Of a stretch of 64,000 bases of DNA, positions 47,850 to 58,374 are shown piece after piece. The stretch comes from a virus, in the IMG/VR virus record IMGVR_UViG_3300033153_006411, positions 19,135-83,134 of that record, one strand, 5' to 3'. Under the pieces are notes generated by a model. That model searched no databases and was not told the DNA's origin. It saw nothing but the letters and a program-made list of their open reading frames with translations. Positions within the stretch are counted from its first letter, which is position 1, and each line of letters begins with the position of its first letter. A program made the position numbers and the translations under genes.

Positions 47850-49322
47850 ATGCAACCATATGAAGTAATCAGCCTCCTCGAAGGCACATCAAGCAAGACC
47901 GAAAAAGAAGCCATTGTAACTCAGGCGTTCCACGCTGGTAGTTTTGATTTCTTCCGTGGTGCTCAACTCGCATACGACAAGAAGGTGACCTTTGGTACCA
48001 AGACTGTCCCCGATCACAAAACCCTCCCCGTCCTCGATACGTCTTTGACGTTCGACGATTTTACTATCCTCACCGATATGATGCGTAAGCGTCACGTTAC
48101 CGGTGGTGATGCTGTTACGGCGATGGAAGTTACTGCTGAACATTGTGACGAACTGATGTGGGAAGGTTTCTACAAGCGTGTCCTGATGAAGGACTTGCGT
48201 TGTGGTGTAACTGAATCCACTATCAACAAGGCTCTGAAAGTCATCGCCAAGACCGACGTGACTGCGAAGGACTACTTGATTCCAGTACACACCTGTCAGC
48301 TTGCTTATGACTGTAATCAAAAGCCAAAATTCATGACAGGCAAAAAGACCCTTGACCTGAAACTCGATGGAGTTCGTATCAACGCCGAATGTGACATTGA
48401 TACTAAGGAAGTCATTCTGAAATCCCGCAATGGTCTTACCAAAGAAAACTTTCCGCACATCAACAAACTGTTGGAAGAAAAACTGATTCCGCATCTGACC
48501 CGCAGTGTTATGATTGATGGCGAAATGACTGCCAAAGATTTCAAAGCCATCATGTCGCAACTGAATCGTAAAAGCAATGTCAAGACTGCCGACATGCACT
48601 TTGCCATTTTCGACTGCGTTCCGCTGGATGACTTCCGCAGCGGTAAATGTGATCTGGCCCAAGAAGAACGCGACAAGGCTTCTAAGTGGGCTGTCCGTAC
48701 CGTGAATGACCCTCATATGTTTTACATCGAAAAAGAGATAGTCGATCTTGATACTCCTGAAGGTCTGGAACGCGTTGATGAATTTCACGAGGATGCCACA
48801 CTTGCTGGTTTCGAGGGGACTATGATTAAAGACCCCAAGGCACCTTACACCACCAAACGTTCCACCGCATGGCTGAAGAAGAAGCCGTGGGTTACGGTAG
48901 ACCTTCAAATCATCGAGTGTAAACTTGGTAATGACGGTAAGAAATATCAAAACACCCTCGGTCGCATTGACTGTGCCGGTTACGACCACGAACAGGAGAA
49001 ATTCATTCGTGTAGATGTCGGAGAAGGCACCAAAGGATCAATGCCCGACAAGATGCGTGATTTGCTTTGGTCAATCCGTCATCTCCTTCCGGGGCTTACG
49101 ATTGAGGTTCTGGCTCACGAGGTATCCGAGAATAAGGATGGCGAATACAGTTTGCGCCACTCGCGGATAGTGAACTTTCGTCCCGACAAGGACGGAACCG
49201 ATGAATACCGCGAGAGCCTTGCGATGATCAAATCCGAATTGGGTATTTCATTGGCGGAGAACGATCTGTTCATCGATCTGTTCGACCATGCAGCTATCGA
49301 AGCTATCGCGGCAGCATCGTAA
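47850..49322 (+). CDS. lig: ATP-dependent DNA ligase
   Basis: KLDGVR, SRNG, IDGE, FD, EGTMIK, WLKKK and a C-terminal OB fold. Confidence 0.93.
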   Translation: MQPYEVISLLEGTSSKTEKEAIVTQAFHAGSFDFFRGAQLAYDKKVTFGTKTVPDHKTLPVLDTSLTFDDFTILTDMMRKRHVTGGDAVTAMEVTAEHCDELMWEGFYKRVLMKDLRCGVTESTINKALKVIAKTDVTAKDYLIPVHTCQLAYDCNQKPKFMTGKKTLDLKLDGVRINAECDIDTKEVILKSRNGLTKENFPHINKLLEEKLIPHLTRSVMIDGEMTAKDFKAIMSQLNRKSNVKTADMHFAIFDCVPLDDFRSGKCDLAQEERDKASKWAVRTVNDPHMFYIEKEIVDLDTPEGLERVDEFHEDATLAGFEGTMIKDPKAPYTTKRSTAWLKKKPWVTVDLQIIECKLGNDGKKYQNTLGRIDCAGYDHEQEKFIRVDVGEGTKGSMPDKMRDLLWSIRHLLPGLTIEVLAHEVSENKDGEYSLRHSRIVNFRPDKDGTDEYRESLAMIKSELGISLAENDLFIDLFDHAAIEAIAAAS

Positions 49323-49689
49323 TGAGCACATTGGAATCTGATTTCTGTAAATTCGAAGGTCCAGACTCGGGGATGGTGACTTGCATCAAGTTGGGTGTGG
49401 AATGGCCCCCACCTGAGAAGATTAATTTGAACGGCACCGAGTACCAGCGTGTACAGATGTCGCAACTGACTGATGAACAGGCAGCGGAGATGACCTTTAT
49501 TGCACGCGGGGCGATGTACACCCCAACGCTTGACAAAGGTGATTTGAATTAATGCTTGACAGACTCAAGCAGACGTAGTAAGGTATATCGTATTGGAGAG
49601 ATACACAACGATTTAATGTCCCGATGGCATTACCCCCCTCTCCTCTCAAACTTCGCCATCGGGGCTCTTTTATTTGTAAATAGTAGTAG

Positions 49690-49921
49690 CAGGAAGCCGG
49701 TTTTAGGCAGCGGACAGCACCCCTTCATACGGGGTCAGATGCCGCGACTCGTAGGCAAGCTCCTACTCTGTGAACCTAGTTACGAACTTCGGTGGAGGTA
49801 GTTACCATCTCCGCAGCGTCCTCAGCAAGACGCTTGACGAAAAAGGCTCCAATTTACCCCTGATGGGTGCCGCGCTTGGGAACAAGATGACCGCTGGAGG
49901 CTCGATCCTCAACTCATCAGG
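49690..49921 (+). ncRNA. unidentified multi-hairpin non-coding element(s)
   Basis: TAAATA at about 49677; stems CCCC/GGGG, GTAGG/CCTAC, GGAG-GT/ATCTCC, AGCGTC/GACGCT, CCTGATGGGT/ACTCATCAGG. Confidence 0.45.
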
Positions 49922-49953
49922 ATTTCATTAATGCTAATTCGGAGAAATGACCT

Positions 49954-50193
49954 ATGGCAAATAAAACTATCAAAATGGCTGGCCCTGATGCTGCCAACAA
50001 CTACCGCGTCCTTCAAACGAAGGGAACTCTCACAGTCCGTCCCGGCGAACTCTTTACTGAACGATACGTGAAGGACTGCCTACTGCGCAGCCCAAATTAT
50101 GATGTAACCATCATCATGCCGCGCTTTGCCGAAGGCGAATCGCCAATTAGTGGCGGACTCGGAACCTTCAAAGGAACCGCCGTATCTGGCTAA
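49954..50193 (+). CDS. hypothetical protein
   Basis: GGAG RBS, followed by a terminator. Confidence 0.6.
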   Translation: MANKTIKMAGPDAANNYRVLQTKGTLTVRPGELFTERYVKDCLLRSPNYDVTIIMPRFAEGESPISGGLGTFKGTAVSG

Positions 50194-50211
50194 ACGCGAT
50201 TGTTCGTGATT

Positions 50212-50243
50212 AAAAAGCCCCGCTAGTCGGGGCTTTTTCTTTT
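50212..50243 (+). terminator. intrinsic terminator
   Basis: AAAAAGCCCCG-CTAGT-CGGGGCTTTTT. Confidence 0.85.
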
Positions 50244-50323
50244 GTAAAATAGGTGTTGACATTGTCCCCTTATACATGCTACGATCAGGGTTGCTATAAA
50301 TTTTTATTGTAAAGGAGAATGAT

Positions 50324-50674
50324 ATGAAAGCACTATTCGTTATACCAGTCCTAGCTATTCTATTAGCAACAGGCTGTACTTCCGGTAGCAGGGGAAAGAC
50401 TGTCAACGTCATCGAACCTACGCCCGTGCTGGAAGCCGAAGCGCCACCTGCCGAGATTGTAGCCCCCGTCGAAGTAATAGTCGTGGCTCCAAAAGAGCAA
50501 CCTACTACAAATGACAGCCGCATTGATGCGGTCTCGTTCTTGGATGCCTTGGTGAAGTCAGGTTGTGAAATCGACAAAGCCGAGTACAAAGAAGTCATTC
50601 GGGGAGGAGGTATTGTAGTAACCTGTAAAGGAAATGTCGATCCTCTAGAACTAGACGGACTCGAAGGACTATAA
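50324..50674 (+). CDS. lipoprotein
   Basis: lipobox LATGC after a hydrophobic stretch; AAGGAG RBS; terminator at about 50698-50724. Confidence 0.75.
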   Translation: MKALFVIPVLAILLATGCTSGSRGKTVNVIEPTPVLEAEAPPAEIVAPVEVIVVAPKEQPTTNDSRIDAVSFLDALVKSGCEIDKAEYKEVIRGGGIVVTCKGNVDPLELDGLEGL

Positions 50675-50725
50675 AGGAACTTAGCCACGTGATACAAAGA
50701 GACCACCTACGGGTGGTCTTTTTTG

Positions 50726-50950
50726 TCTGCTCTTAAGAGCACCTTATCCCAGTTAATCTGCTCTTAAGAGCAGAATATAGCCGAACGGGTATATTCTGAA
50801 AATATACCCTTGCGGGTATATTTTCATTTTATACCCTTGAGGGTATATTTTGAAAGAAACTCTCGATTAAGCGGAAAGAAACTCTCGACTAAGAGAGTTA
50901 ATGGGTAAGAAACTATCCATTAAGCACGATTAACGGGGTTAATGGGTAAA
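50726..50950. repeat. cluster of short palindromes and direct repeats
   Basis: CTGCTCTTAAGAGCA x2; ATATACCC..GGGTATAT-type palindromes x3; GAAAGAAACTCTCGA x2; GTTAATGGGTAA x2. Confidence 0.7.
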
Positions 50951-50960
50951 AATAGGTACT

Positions 50961-52037
50961 TTATACAACCATCACACCGTGCGCCGGTAGAAGCTCGCGC
51001 AACACATAGTGAAGGTGGTAACTGGCGGCACGGAAAAATCGGTGTACTTCTAGTTCCAGACCATCCGACCCAGAATCCAAGTCTCCGAAATTCTCACACT
51101 GCTCGTTCCATTCATCGCTGTCGTATTCTGGAATCTCTTCGGCTGTTCCGAAGTTCCCATCTTGGGAGCATAATTTCCAAACGTCAGCCCTGTCGTGCTT
51201 GTTGCCTTCCTGAGAAAATATCCACGCAATCTTATCCGCGATATCATCCCATGGCACACTGGTGTCTTCGCTGTGCTCTGGATTTACATCTGCGTATTCC
51301 TTGAATATTGAATACAGTTCTTTGGCGCATTCGAGATACGTCGCCGGATTATCATGGTAGACGGTCTCACCACTTTGCTCGTAGGTGAACTGCCACTGGA
51401 GGAATGGCTGGTCAGGATACATCGATACAGCACCATGACCCAATGAACCAGAGTACAGGTCGGCGGCTCCGCTGATGTGTGAGCGAATGTTCTTCAGCAG
51501 ACTACCATGCTTGTTCACCCATGCACCGAGGGTCTGCCCCAAAATGGATTCTACAACGGCGTCGCCTTGAGTCAATACGAAGCTATCACCATCGACCTTA
51601 TTGCGCCGTGAGGAGACGCCTGAGAAGCCGTAGTGGGCAAAGGTGTCTTCGTACACGTGAGCGCCGATGCCGAGAAGTTCCCGACTGAAGTCCTGATGTC
51701 CCTGTGACGCATGGTTGGCTATCATGGTCTGGGCGATCTCGGAATTCTTGGTGCAGATAAGTTGCTCGGTGAATTTTGAACCCTGAGCGCCCGGGAGGAA
51801 ATGGAATGGCACCCAGATGTAGCGTTGGTCGTCAGCCTCTCGATTACTGAGGTCTCCGGCATGGTGTGCTGTTGGTATGGCGTAGAGTTGACTGCCGTCA
51901 TCGTGGTCATCCACGTGAGCGGCTACATTGTCATCGACAAACTGTGCCGACTGTGCGACTATTCTCGCGGATTCTTTGTTGATACCTGCGGCACGAGCAA
52001 TACAATACGTACCATGGTAATGCATATCAATTTGCAT
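50961..52037 (-). CDS. DUF6765-like protein (His-rich, possibly a Zn hydrolase)
   Basis: MQIDMHYHGTY..AR.AG, WVPFHFLPG, GIGAHVYEDTFAH.GF, LGHG...YPD.P. Confidence 0.65.
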   Translation of the reverse strand: MQIDMHYHGTYCIARAAGINKESARIVAQSAQFVDDNVAAHVDDHDDGSQLYAIPTAHHAGDLSNREADDQRYIWVPFHFLPGAQGSKFTEQLICTKNSEIAQTMIANHASQGHQDFSRELLGIGAHVYEDTFAHYGFSGVSSRRNKVDGDSFVLTQGDAVVESILGQTLGAWVNKHGSLLKNIRSHISGAADLYSGSLGHGAVSMYPDQPFLQWQFTYEQSGETVYHDNPATYLECAKELYSIFKEYADVNPEHSEDTSVPWDDIADKIAWIFSQEGNKHDRADVWKLCSQDGNFGTAEEIPEYDSDEWNEQCENFGDLDSGSDGLELEVHRFFRAASYHLHYVLRELLPAHGVMVV

Positions 52038-52150
52038 TTCGGGAGCCCCTTTTTATTATTTTGGTTTGGCTCTGGTATTTAGTTGGGGATTAATTTCGAG
52101 CAAACCTTGACTTCGGAACGTGATAGGTATATAAATACATCCATATCTAC

Positions 52151-52227
52151 ATTCCCATCGACTAGTTGGCCAAGGTCGCTACCCTCTCAAGGTAGAAACA
52201 CCGGTTCGAATCCGGTTGGGAATACCA
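52151..52227 (+). tRNA. tRNA-Glu(CTC)
   Basis: cloverleaf, loop CTCTCAA, CCA. Confidence 0.88.
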
Positions 52228-52229
52228 AT

Positions 52230-52309
52230 ACACGTGTCTGCTAAATTTGGAATAGGCAACTGGGTTTTCACCCCGGGAAATGCGAGTTCGATCCTCGTCA
52301 CGTGTACCA
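52230..52309 (+). tRNA. tRNA-Glu(TTC), enlarged D arm
   Basis: acceptor ACACGTG/CACGTGT, loop TTTTCAC, CCA. Confidence 0.78.
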
Positions 52310-52318
52310 AATCACTAT

Positions 52319-52396
52319 GCCCCTATGGTCTAATTGGAACAAGGCACGATCCTTCTAAGGTCGAAGATGCGGGTTCGAATCCTGCTAGGGGTGCCA
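52319..52396 (+). tRNA. tRNA-Arg(TCT)
   Basis: cloverleaf, loop CTTCTAA, CCA. Confidence 0.9.
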
Positions 52397-52398
52397 AT

Positions 52399-52473
52399 GC
52401 ACTATTCGTCTAGTGGTTAGGACACTGCCCTTTCACGGCAGGAACAGGGGTTCGATTCCCCTATGGTGTACCA
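52399..52473 (+). tRNA. tRNA-Glu(TTC)
   Basis: cloverleaf, loop CTTTCAC, CCA. Confidence 0.9.
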
Positions 52474-52513
52474 ACTCCTTGATTTATCCCTCCCCTACTA
52501 CTATATTTTCAAA

Positions 52514-53068
52514 ATGAAAATTGCAATCACCGGTCACACTGCTGGCATCGGCAAAGCGATAGCCGAAGCCTGCGAGGCAGCAGGACACGAAGTAGTCGGT
52601 TTTTCACGGACCACCGGCTATCACTTATTCAAAGATTTGGAAGCGGTTGTCGCCGATGCCGAAGACTGTGATGTCTTCATCAATAATCGATTCGACTATA
52701 ATAACAACCGAGAAGGACAGGTCGAACTGTTGTACCGTATGTTTGAAAAATGGCTCGGCAAAGATAAAAGAATAATCAACATCGGTTCCCGCGCCGGAAC
52801 CTACACCAGCATGGGTAAGATTGATCGGTATTCCGTTCATAAGCATGCCCTCGATGTAGCCTGCGATCAGTTAAATATCCTGCGTGACATGCGTCCGCGT
52901 GTTACCAACATTAAACCCGGATATGTGGATACCGCATCAATAAAACACATCACTGACAATCCTAAACTGAAACCCGAGGACGTTGCCGAGACTGTTATGT
53001 GGGTATTGAATCAACCCCGCATGGTACACATCTCCTCGATCTCTATGTCACACATGCAATTTGGATGA
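52514..53068 (+). CDS. short-chain dehydrogenase/reductase
   Basis: ITGHTAGIG, INIGS, YSVHK (YxxxK), PGYVDT. Confidence 0.9.
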   Translation: MKIAITGHTAGIGKAIAEACEAAGHEVVGFSRTTGYHLFKDLEAVVADAEDCDVFINNRFDYNNNREGQVELLYRMFEKWLGKDKRIINIGSRAGTYTSMGKIDRYSVHKHALDVACDQLNILRDMRPRVTNIKPGYVDTASIKHITDNPKLKPEDVAETVMWVLNQPRMVHISSISMSHMQFG

Positions 53069-53849
53069 TTTGACTTTCCTGAAGAAATTTGATACTCTGG
53101 TCAGTCAATCACTAATCGGAGACACTATGAATAAAATCATCACATTCCTTTGGGAACATTTTATCAAGGAATTCCTTAAAGTCATGGCTGGAGCATTGGG
53201 ACTTATGGGTGCCGTCTGGTTCACTCTCGGACCGTTCTTCGGTATGGCTTGGTTGAGTGACGAAGGGCACCTCCCCGTCTGGTTAATGATTACCGGTTGG
53301 TTGTTTTGGATGATGATTTTGTGTGGTGCCGTTAAATGGATAGAGGAGGATCGTCATGGAATTATTAGGAATTTCAAAAAAGGGTCGTGAACGACTCAAG
53401 CGTGATGGTGCGAAGGGTTGGACTATCCAGCGCACCGAAGACACCATAGCGTTCAGTAGTGACCGTGGACCGTGGCTGCTGGTCATCCCAGCATGTCTCA
53501 CCGAATCCAAGTCCCGTTGGATACACCAGTTCCACGATAATAACTTCAAAATCGTAGACCCCGACCCCTCGGCGTAATGCGACATAGATCACACTCTACA
53601 CCCCGAACTTTCTTGACAAAAGTTGGTGGTTCTGTATAATGGACCCATCAACTAGAGGAGATAGATTATGTCAGACTTTGAAACTTTCGTAGCAAAAGAA
53701 CACCAGAAGCGCGTTACCCATTTCGTTCGTTATTGTACTTCCGAAAACCGCGCACCCCGTATCGCCGACGCAATTACAATCTTCGGATTTTGCAAGCGTG
53801 ATGCCACGCCCATCGTCGAAGATGCGATCAAGCAGATGGCTGCTGCGTA

Positions 53850-54047
53850 ATGTCAGCCATCATCTATCAGGTTTACGACGTGCGTACCGATGAAATTATC
53901 GGTACCATTACTGGAGCAGAGCTACGCACCTTTTGTAAGTGTTCTGCCCGTAGTACAGTCTTCAATAATAAACTGGTCGAGCAATTCAACAACAACAAGA
54001 GACGCATTGACGAGCCCGAGCGCATCCGTCAAATGCTGAGGAGATAG
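53850..54047 (+). CDS. small early protein, paralogue of 54281-54478
   Basis: shared ITG..LR...VF...LV..FN......PERIR. Confidence 0.6.
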   Translation: MSAIIYQVYDVRTDEIIGTITGAELRTFCKCSARSTVFNNKLVEQFNNNKRRIDEPERIRQMLRR

Positions 54048-54280
54048 CCATGTTTGACATCATACTCATACTGAACGAAATCAACCGCACCGATAGGGAA
54101 ACCATCACGCGCCGAATTTGTGGCAGCAATTTCCTCATGGAGAATGGTGAGTATGCAGAGACCGAGGCTGACCGTTTAGCCCACATCCAATACTGGATAG
54201 AAGAACGCGGAGTGGATCAGCATAATTCCCCGCTGGAACTAATTTCATACACCGTCGAAGCAGTCGGTTAGGAGGAAACC

Positions 54281-54478
54281 ATGAGAATATCATACGAAGT
54301 TACTGATGTAGATGGGAACGCGATTAAGGAAATCACTGGAACCCAACTACGCGAACATTTTGGCTACGGTCCCCACGACGATGTCTTCACCGAACAGTTG
54401 GTCAGGAAGTTCAACTTGGCAAGCGAGTGTTCAGGCAACCCTGAGCGCATCCGTCTGGTAGAGGAGATAGACACATGA
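54281..54478 (+). CDS. small early protein, paralogue of 53850-54047
   Basis: AGGAGG RBS; shared motifs. Confidence 0.6.
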   Translation: MRISYEVTDVDGNAIKEITGTQLREHFGYGPHDDVFTEQLVRKFNLASECSGNPERIRLVEEIDT

Positions 54479-54683
54479 GCAAATTGACAGTCACATTCGA
54501 AGTTGACGATGACTTGCCGAGTGAGCGTAGGCTCCAGTATCGCCAAGCGATTATTGATGCAATGGTGGCATATGAACGTCAGGTGGAAGAAGCCAAACGC
54601 GGACTGAATGGGCAGAAATTTATGAGCCACGACGCGGTAGAGAATGCCGGACTCATCGACAAGATGCTGAACGACTGCAACCG

Positions 54684-55121
54684 GTGAGGGACATCCCGAG
54701 ATATCTCCACCCAACCTTCAAGCGCATGGTTCCGACCAAGGTGCAGTTGTCGAGCAATGGACGGGTCCACGTCGATCTGGATGAACCAGACGAAGCAAGC
54801 CTGTTGCCCGAGTGGTGGAATGGACGGTATCCGAGGATATCCAACAAGGACCGAATAACCAAGCTGTCGGAACAACAAGGCCATCGTTGCTGCTACTGTG
54901 GTGTCCGAACGTGGTCGAAGCATTATGGCGAGCGCGGTAGTTGGATGAATATGGCCACCATCGAACACTTCAGATGCAAAACGCATGGCGGTACCTTTAG
55001 ATATTCAAACATCGTCATGGCCTGCTCCCAGTGCAACAACCAACGGGCGCTGGGTCCACCGGTACTGTTCATGTACGAAAAACAGGGGTTATTAGACCTC
55101 GAATTAGTGCCAAAAGAGTGA
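54684..55121 (+). CDS. HNH endonuclease domain protein
   Basis: QGHRCCYCG...ATIEH...GGT...NIVMACSQCN. Confidence 0.8.
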   Translation: MRDIPRYLHPTFKRMVPTKVQLSSNGRVHVDLDEPDEASLLPEWWNGRYPRISNKDRITKLSEQQGHRCCYCGVRTWSKHYGERGSWMNMATIEHFRCKTHGGTFRYSNIVMACSQCNNQRALGPPVLFMYEKQGLLDLELVPKE

Positions 55122-55189
55122 AATAATACTGTACTTTCGTTAGGAAAGTCTGTATAATGCTTGCATATCAACTGAAAAGAGACACGCCC

Positions 55190-55942
55190 ATGACTGACCT
55201 CAACACGCTTTTCGCACATACCCGCATTGACATTCTTGACCTGATCGACTCAGCTATCGAAGCTGGCATGATCTACAACGTGGACTACAAGACTGTCAAA
55301 GAAGCTGCGAACCGCAAGATGGAAGAAGGGTACCAGAACTCAGTCGTTGCAACTTACCTCTCCATGACATGTGAAATGCGTCAGGCTACTGTCTCTCCCG
55401 AAATGAGCGAAGCTCTGTACTACAGCGCTTACCCGCAGGCTCACACTCTGAATGCTCGCGACAAGGCGATCACCAAACTGGAAAAAACTGATCCGAATCA
55501 CTGGATGGTTAAGGCCGCTCGTGAATACCTCGAACTGGTTCGTCCGGTTATCGAGAAGTTGGTTATCATCAAGGGCACAGTCGTTAAGGGTCGCAAGCCT
55601 TCTGACAAGCCTCGCCTGACCCCTGAGCGTACTCTGGAAAACACTGGTACTTGTTCAGTATGTGGTCGCAACGTCAAGCTGAACGGCACTGGTCAAATCG
55701 TTGCTTACCTCAATGCTCTGGAAGCTCACAAGATTTCACAAGAGAACGCTCTGCCGAAAGCAATCGAAGCTGCTGAAGCTCTTGCTCTCAAGCAGAAGGG
55801 ATTTGAAGACAACCGTGAAGAGCGTGCAGTACGCAACGCCCCCCAAGGCATCGAATCTCTGATTCGTCACTTAGGTCACGACATCAAGATGTTCACCACA
55901 ATCGTAATCGAGTGGGTAGCCAAGCCGCTGCCCAAGGCATAG
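55190..55942 (+). CDS. hypothetical early protein
   Basis: follows a TATAAT promoter at 55153; GTCSVCGR motif. Confidence 0.6.
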   Translation: MTDLNTLFAHTRIDILDLIDSAIEAGMIYNVDYKTVKEAANRKMEEGYQNSVVATYLSMTCEMRQATVSPEMSEALYYSAYPQAHTLNARDKAITKLEKTDPNHWMVKAAREYLELVRPVIEKLVIIKGTVVKGRKPSDKPRLTPERTLENTGTCSVCGRNVKLNGTGQIVAYLNALEAHKISQENALPKAIEAAEALALKQKGFEDNREERAVRNAPQGIESLIRHLGHDIKMFTTIVIEWVAKPLPKA

Positions 55943-55951
55943 GAGAAACAC

Positions 55952-56434
55952 ATGGCATCAATCAAAACGTACAGACAGCGGAAACCGTTCCTCGGAATAT
56001 TCACGATGTCACCAAAAATAGAATACATGGAGGGTGACCGCCATGCCGACACGATGTTCAGGATAGAGATAAACGCCGACGGGGAAAAACGGTACAATAG
56101 TGACTTCGGACATATCCGTGACACTAAAATCTCGTTGGAGAAAATCTTCGAAAACCAGTCATACTTGGCACATAACCACTGGGTCGGCGTTTACCGCATC
56201 ACCTACACCAGCGATTGGGAAGGGCTAGGTGTCCGTGCCGGTGACTTTGATCAGTACGTAGTGGATACCGCTGCCGGTAAAGATGATGTCGTGGAGAAAA
56301 TCCAACGCGCTGTCCTTGACGAACTGGAAGACAACAACATTCAAACCGACCTCAATTGGGTTGACCTGATAATCGAGTCAATTGATACCAAACAAGGAAC
56401 ATTGTCGGTAGACACGACCAATCAGATACGGTAA
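55952..56434 (+). CDS. hypothetical protein
   Basis: AGGAG RBS. Confidence 0.55.
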   Translation: MASIKTYRQRKPFLGIFTMSPKIEYMEGDRHADTMFRIEINADGEKRYNSDFGHIRDTKISLEKIFENQSYLAHNHWVGVYRITYTSDWEGLGVRAGDFDQYVVDTAAGKDDVVEKIQRAVLDELEDNNIQTDLNWVDLIIESIDTKQGTLSVDTTNQIR

Positions 56435-56746
56435 GGTAAGTAACTTATGAAGAAAAGGACTCGTAATATGGCCGTGACCCTTCATTACAAATATGCCGTC
56501 AAAATCGGTACCCAGTGGGTAGCGGTAAATGATAAAGGGAAGTATCGGCTTGTAGGTGAAGAAAAGGACGCGGAAACAAGATGGGACATACGCGGTGCTC
56601 TCGGGATCGGAGACCGATATCTAAAAGCTGAATGGAATGTAACGATGGGTGAAAAACCTACCTTTGAGATTCATAAAGTACACCGACCACAACGCATTCA
56701 TCATTCGTGGTGAGCCGTAAATACTCAACCAACACAGGATGCAGTC

Positions 56747-57442
56747 ATGCCTACAGAACAACCCGACTTCGGAACCACTGCTGGACGTACAGCTATTGCT
56801 CGTAAAGCAGTCTCGCGCCCAACGCGTACACTACTCAGTAGTGGGAGAATCCCGAAGGGTGCTAGTGTACTAAACCACGGAAGTGGGCGTGCTAACGCCG
56901 ATGGCGCTGCCCTTGCTGCTGCATCTTCCGAATATGCAGAGTACGACCCGAACCACGCACCCAACCCTGATGCACTGGAACGCCGATACGATGTCGTAGT
57001 GTCCAACTACGTCCTGAACGTTCTTCCTCCTGAAATCCGTAAGCTCGCATGGCAAGACATCGCCAGAACTACCGGTGGGACCGCTTACATTACTGTGCGC
57101 TCGACCGGCGACAAGGCCATCTACAAAGGAAAGAAATTCAAGGACGGATACAAGATGGCTACCGGAGCATTCCAGAAGCCGTACACCGCTGCTGATTTGC
57201 AGAAGGAAGCTAAGCGCTATTTCAAGAATGTCGAAGTCATTGACGGTACCCCCTCTGGCATCTCGTGGACTATCTCTGCCAGTGACCCCAAGATATCGGG
57301 CGAAGGCGAGCCTGAGACGCCACAGCAGAAGGATAAGCCTGCTACCCCTGCCAAGGCACGGGCACAAGCGAACGCCGCTCATATGGACACTGACGACGAT
57401 GCTGAGATTGCTAAAATCACACATCTTGCGGGTATGAAATAA
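56747..57442 (+). CDS. class I SAM-dependent methyltransferase-like protein
   Basis: VLNHGSGR, YDP, YDVVVSNYVLNV, AYITVR, FQK.YT. Confidence 0.75.
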   Translation: MPTEQPDFGTTAGRTAIARKAVSRPTRTLLSSGRIPKGASVLNHGSGRANADGAALAAASSEYAEYDPNHAPNPDALERRYDVVVSNYVLNVLPPEIRKLAWQDIARTTGGTAYITVRSTGDKAIYKGKKFKDGYKMATGAFQKPYTAADLQKEAKRYFKNVEVIDGTPSGISWTISASDPKISGEGEPETPQQKDKPATPAKARAQANAAHMDTDDDAEIAKITHLAGMK

Positions 57443-57495
57443 AATAAACCTTGACTCGGAAGCAGACTGGTAGTATAAATATAACAGTAAGACAT

Positions 57496-57573
57496 GGTTC
57501 GGTGGCTGAGTGGCCCAAAGCATGCGCCTGCAAAGCGTAAACCCCGTCGGTTCGAATCCGACTCGAACCTCCA
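57496..57573 (+). tRNA. tRNA-Cys(GCA)
   Basis: cloverleaf, loop CTGCAAA, U73, CCA. Confidence 0.92.
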
Positions 57574-57902
57574 ACCCCCTTGAACCCCTCGTGCCTTGGT
57601 ATTATCTTTATGGCATGAGAGAACAATTCGAAATCACAACAACCTCCGACCTCACCGAAGTTTCATGCGGTAACCGGGTTAGCTATTCCCTGAACGATGG
57701 GGATACCATCATGTCAATCACCACCAGCGATTCCACGATAAAAGAAAAACTCTCAGTATCGAAGTACCGGAACGCCAGTGTCAAAATAATCATCACGGTG
57801 GAGCACGACGACATGGAATACAAGGATATCCAACCTTAAATTTGTACACCCTTTTATTCATCCTATGTAAATATTAATATAACAAAAACATAGGTAATAA
57901 AA

Positions 57903-58220
57903 ATGAGCAAAACAAACCTAGAGCGCGTTCAGCCAACCCCGGGCGAATGCACCACCCTGTCGTGGGAGCCAAATCCACGTTATAACCAATTCGATTATGA
58001 TCCCGAACACGGTCTGATAGCTGACATCCGTAGAAAGATTTCAGAAATCTGGGACGCGGCTGACGTGATCGCGATTCCTAAGCGGTGGCAAATGGAGTCC
58101 GACATCGTGATCCCGCCCGAGTCGTGGGCTGATGCAGATGAGACTATCATCCCGTTCTGGTATGGTACCAAGCCCGAAAAACGCTCATGGTGGAAATCGT
58201 TTAAGCGGTTATTTCGGTAA
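57903..58220 (+). CDS. hypothetical protein
   Basis: TAAATA upstream, AGGT RBS. Confidence 0.5.
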   Translation: MSKTNLERVQPTPGECTTLSWEPNPRYNQFDYDPEHGLIADIRRKISEIWDAADVIAIPKRWQMESDIVIPPESWADADETIIPFWYGTKPEKRSWWKSFKRLFR

Positions 58221-58261
58221 ACGTATTGACTTCTGGCACCGTTGTGCTTAAATAGTGGTAT

Positions 58262-58349
58262 GGAAGATTGCCGGAGAGGCTAAACGGTTCCGTTTCGAAA
58301 ACGGATGGTCCGAAAGGACACGGGGGTTCGAATCCCTCATCTTCCGCCA
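58262..58349 (+). tRNA. tRNA-Ser(CGA)
   Basis: loop TTCGAAA, long variable arm, G73, CCA. Confidence 0.9.
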
Positions 58350-58374
58350 ATCCCCTATTACGGTAAATATCAGT

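Noticed and set aside
47889-48989. 366-aa minus-strand ORF
   Set aside because: It is antisense to the DNA ligase gene and has no recognisable motifs
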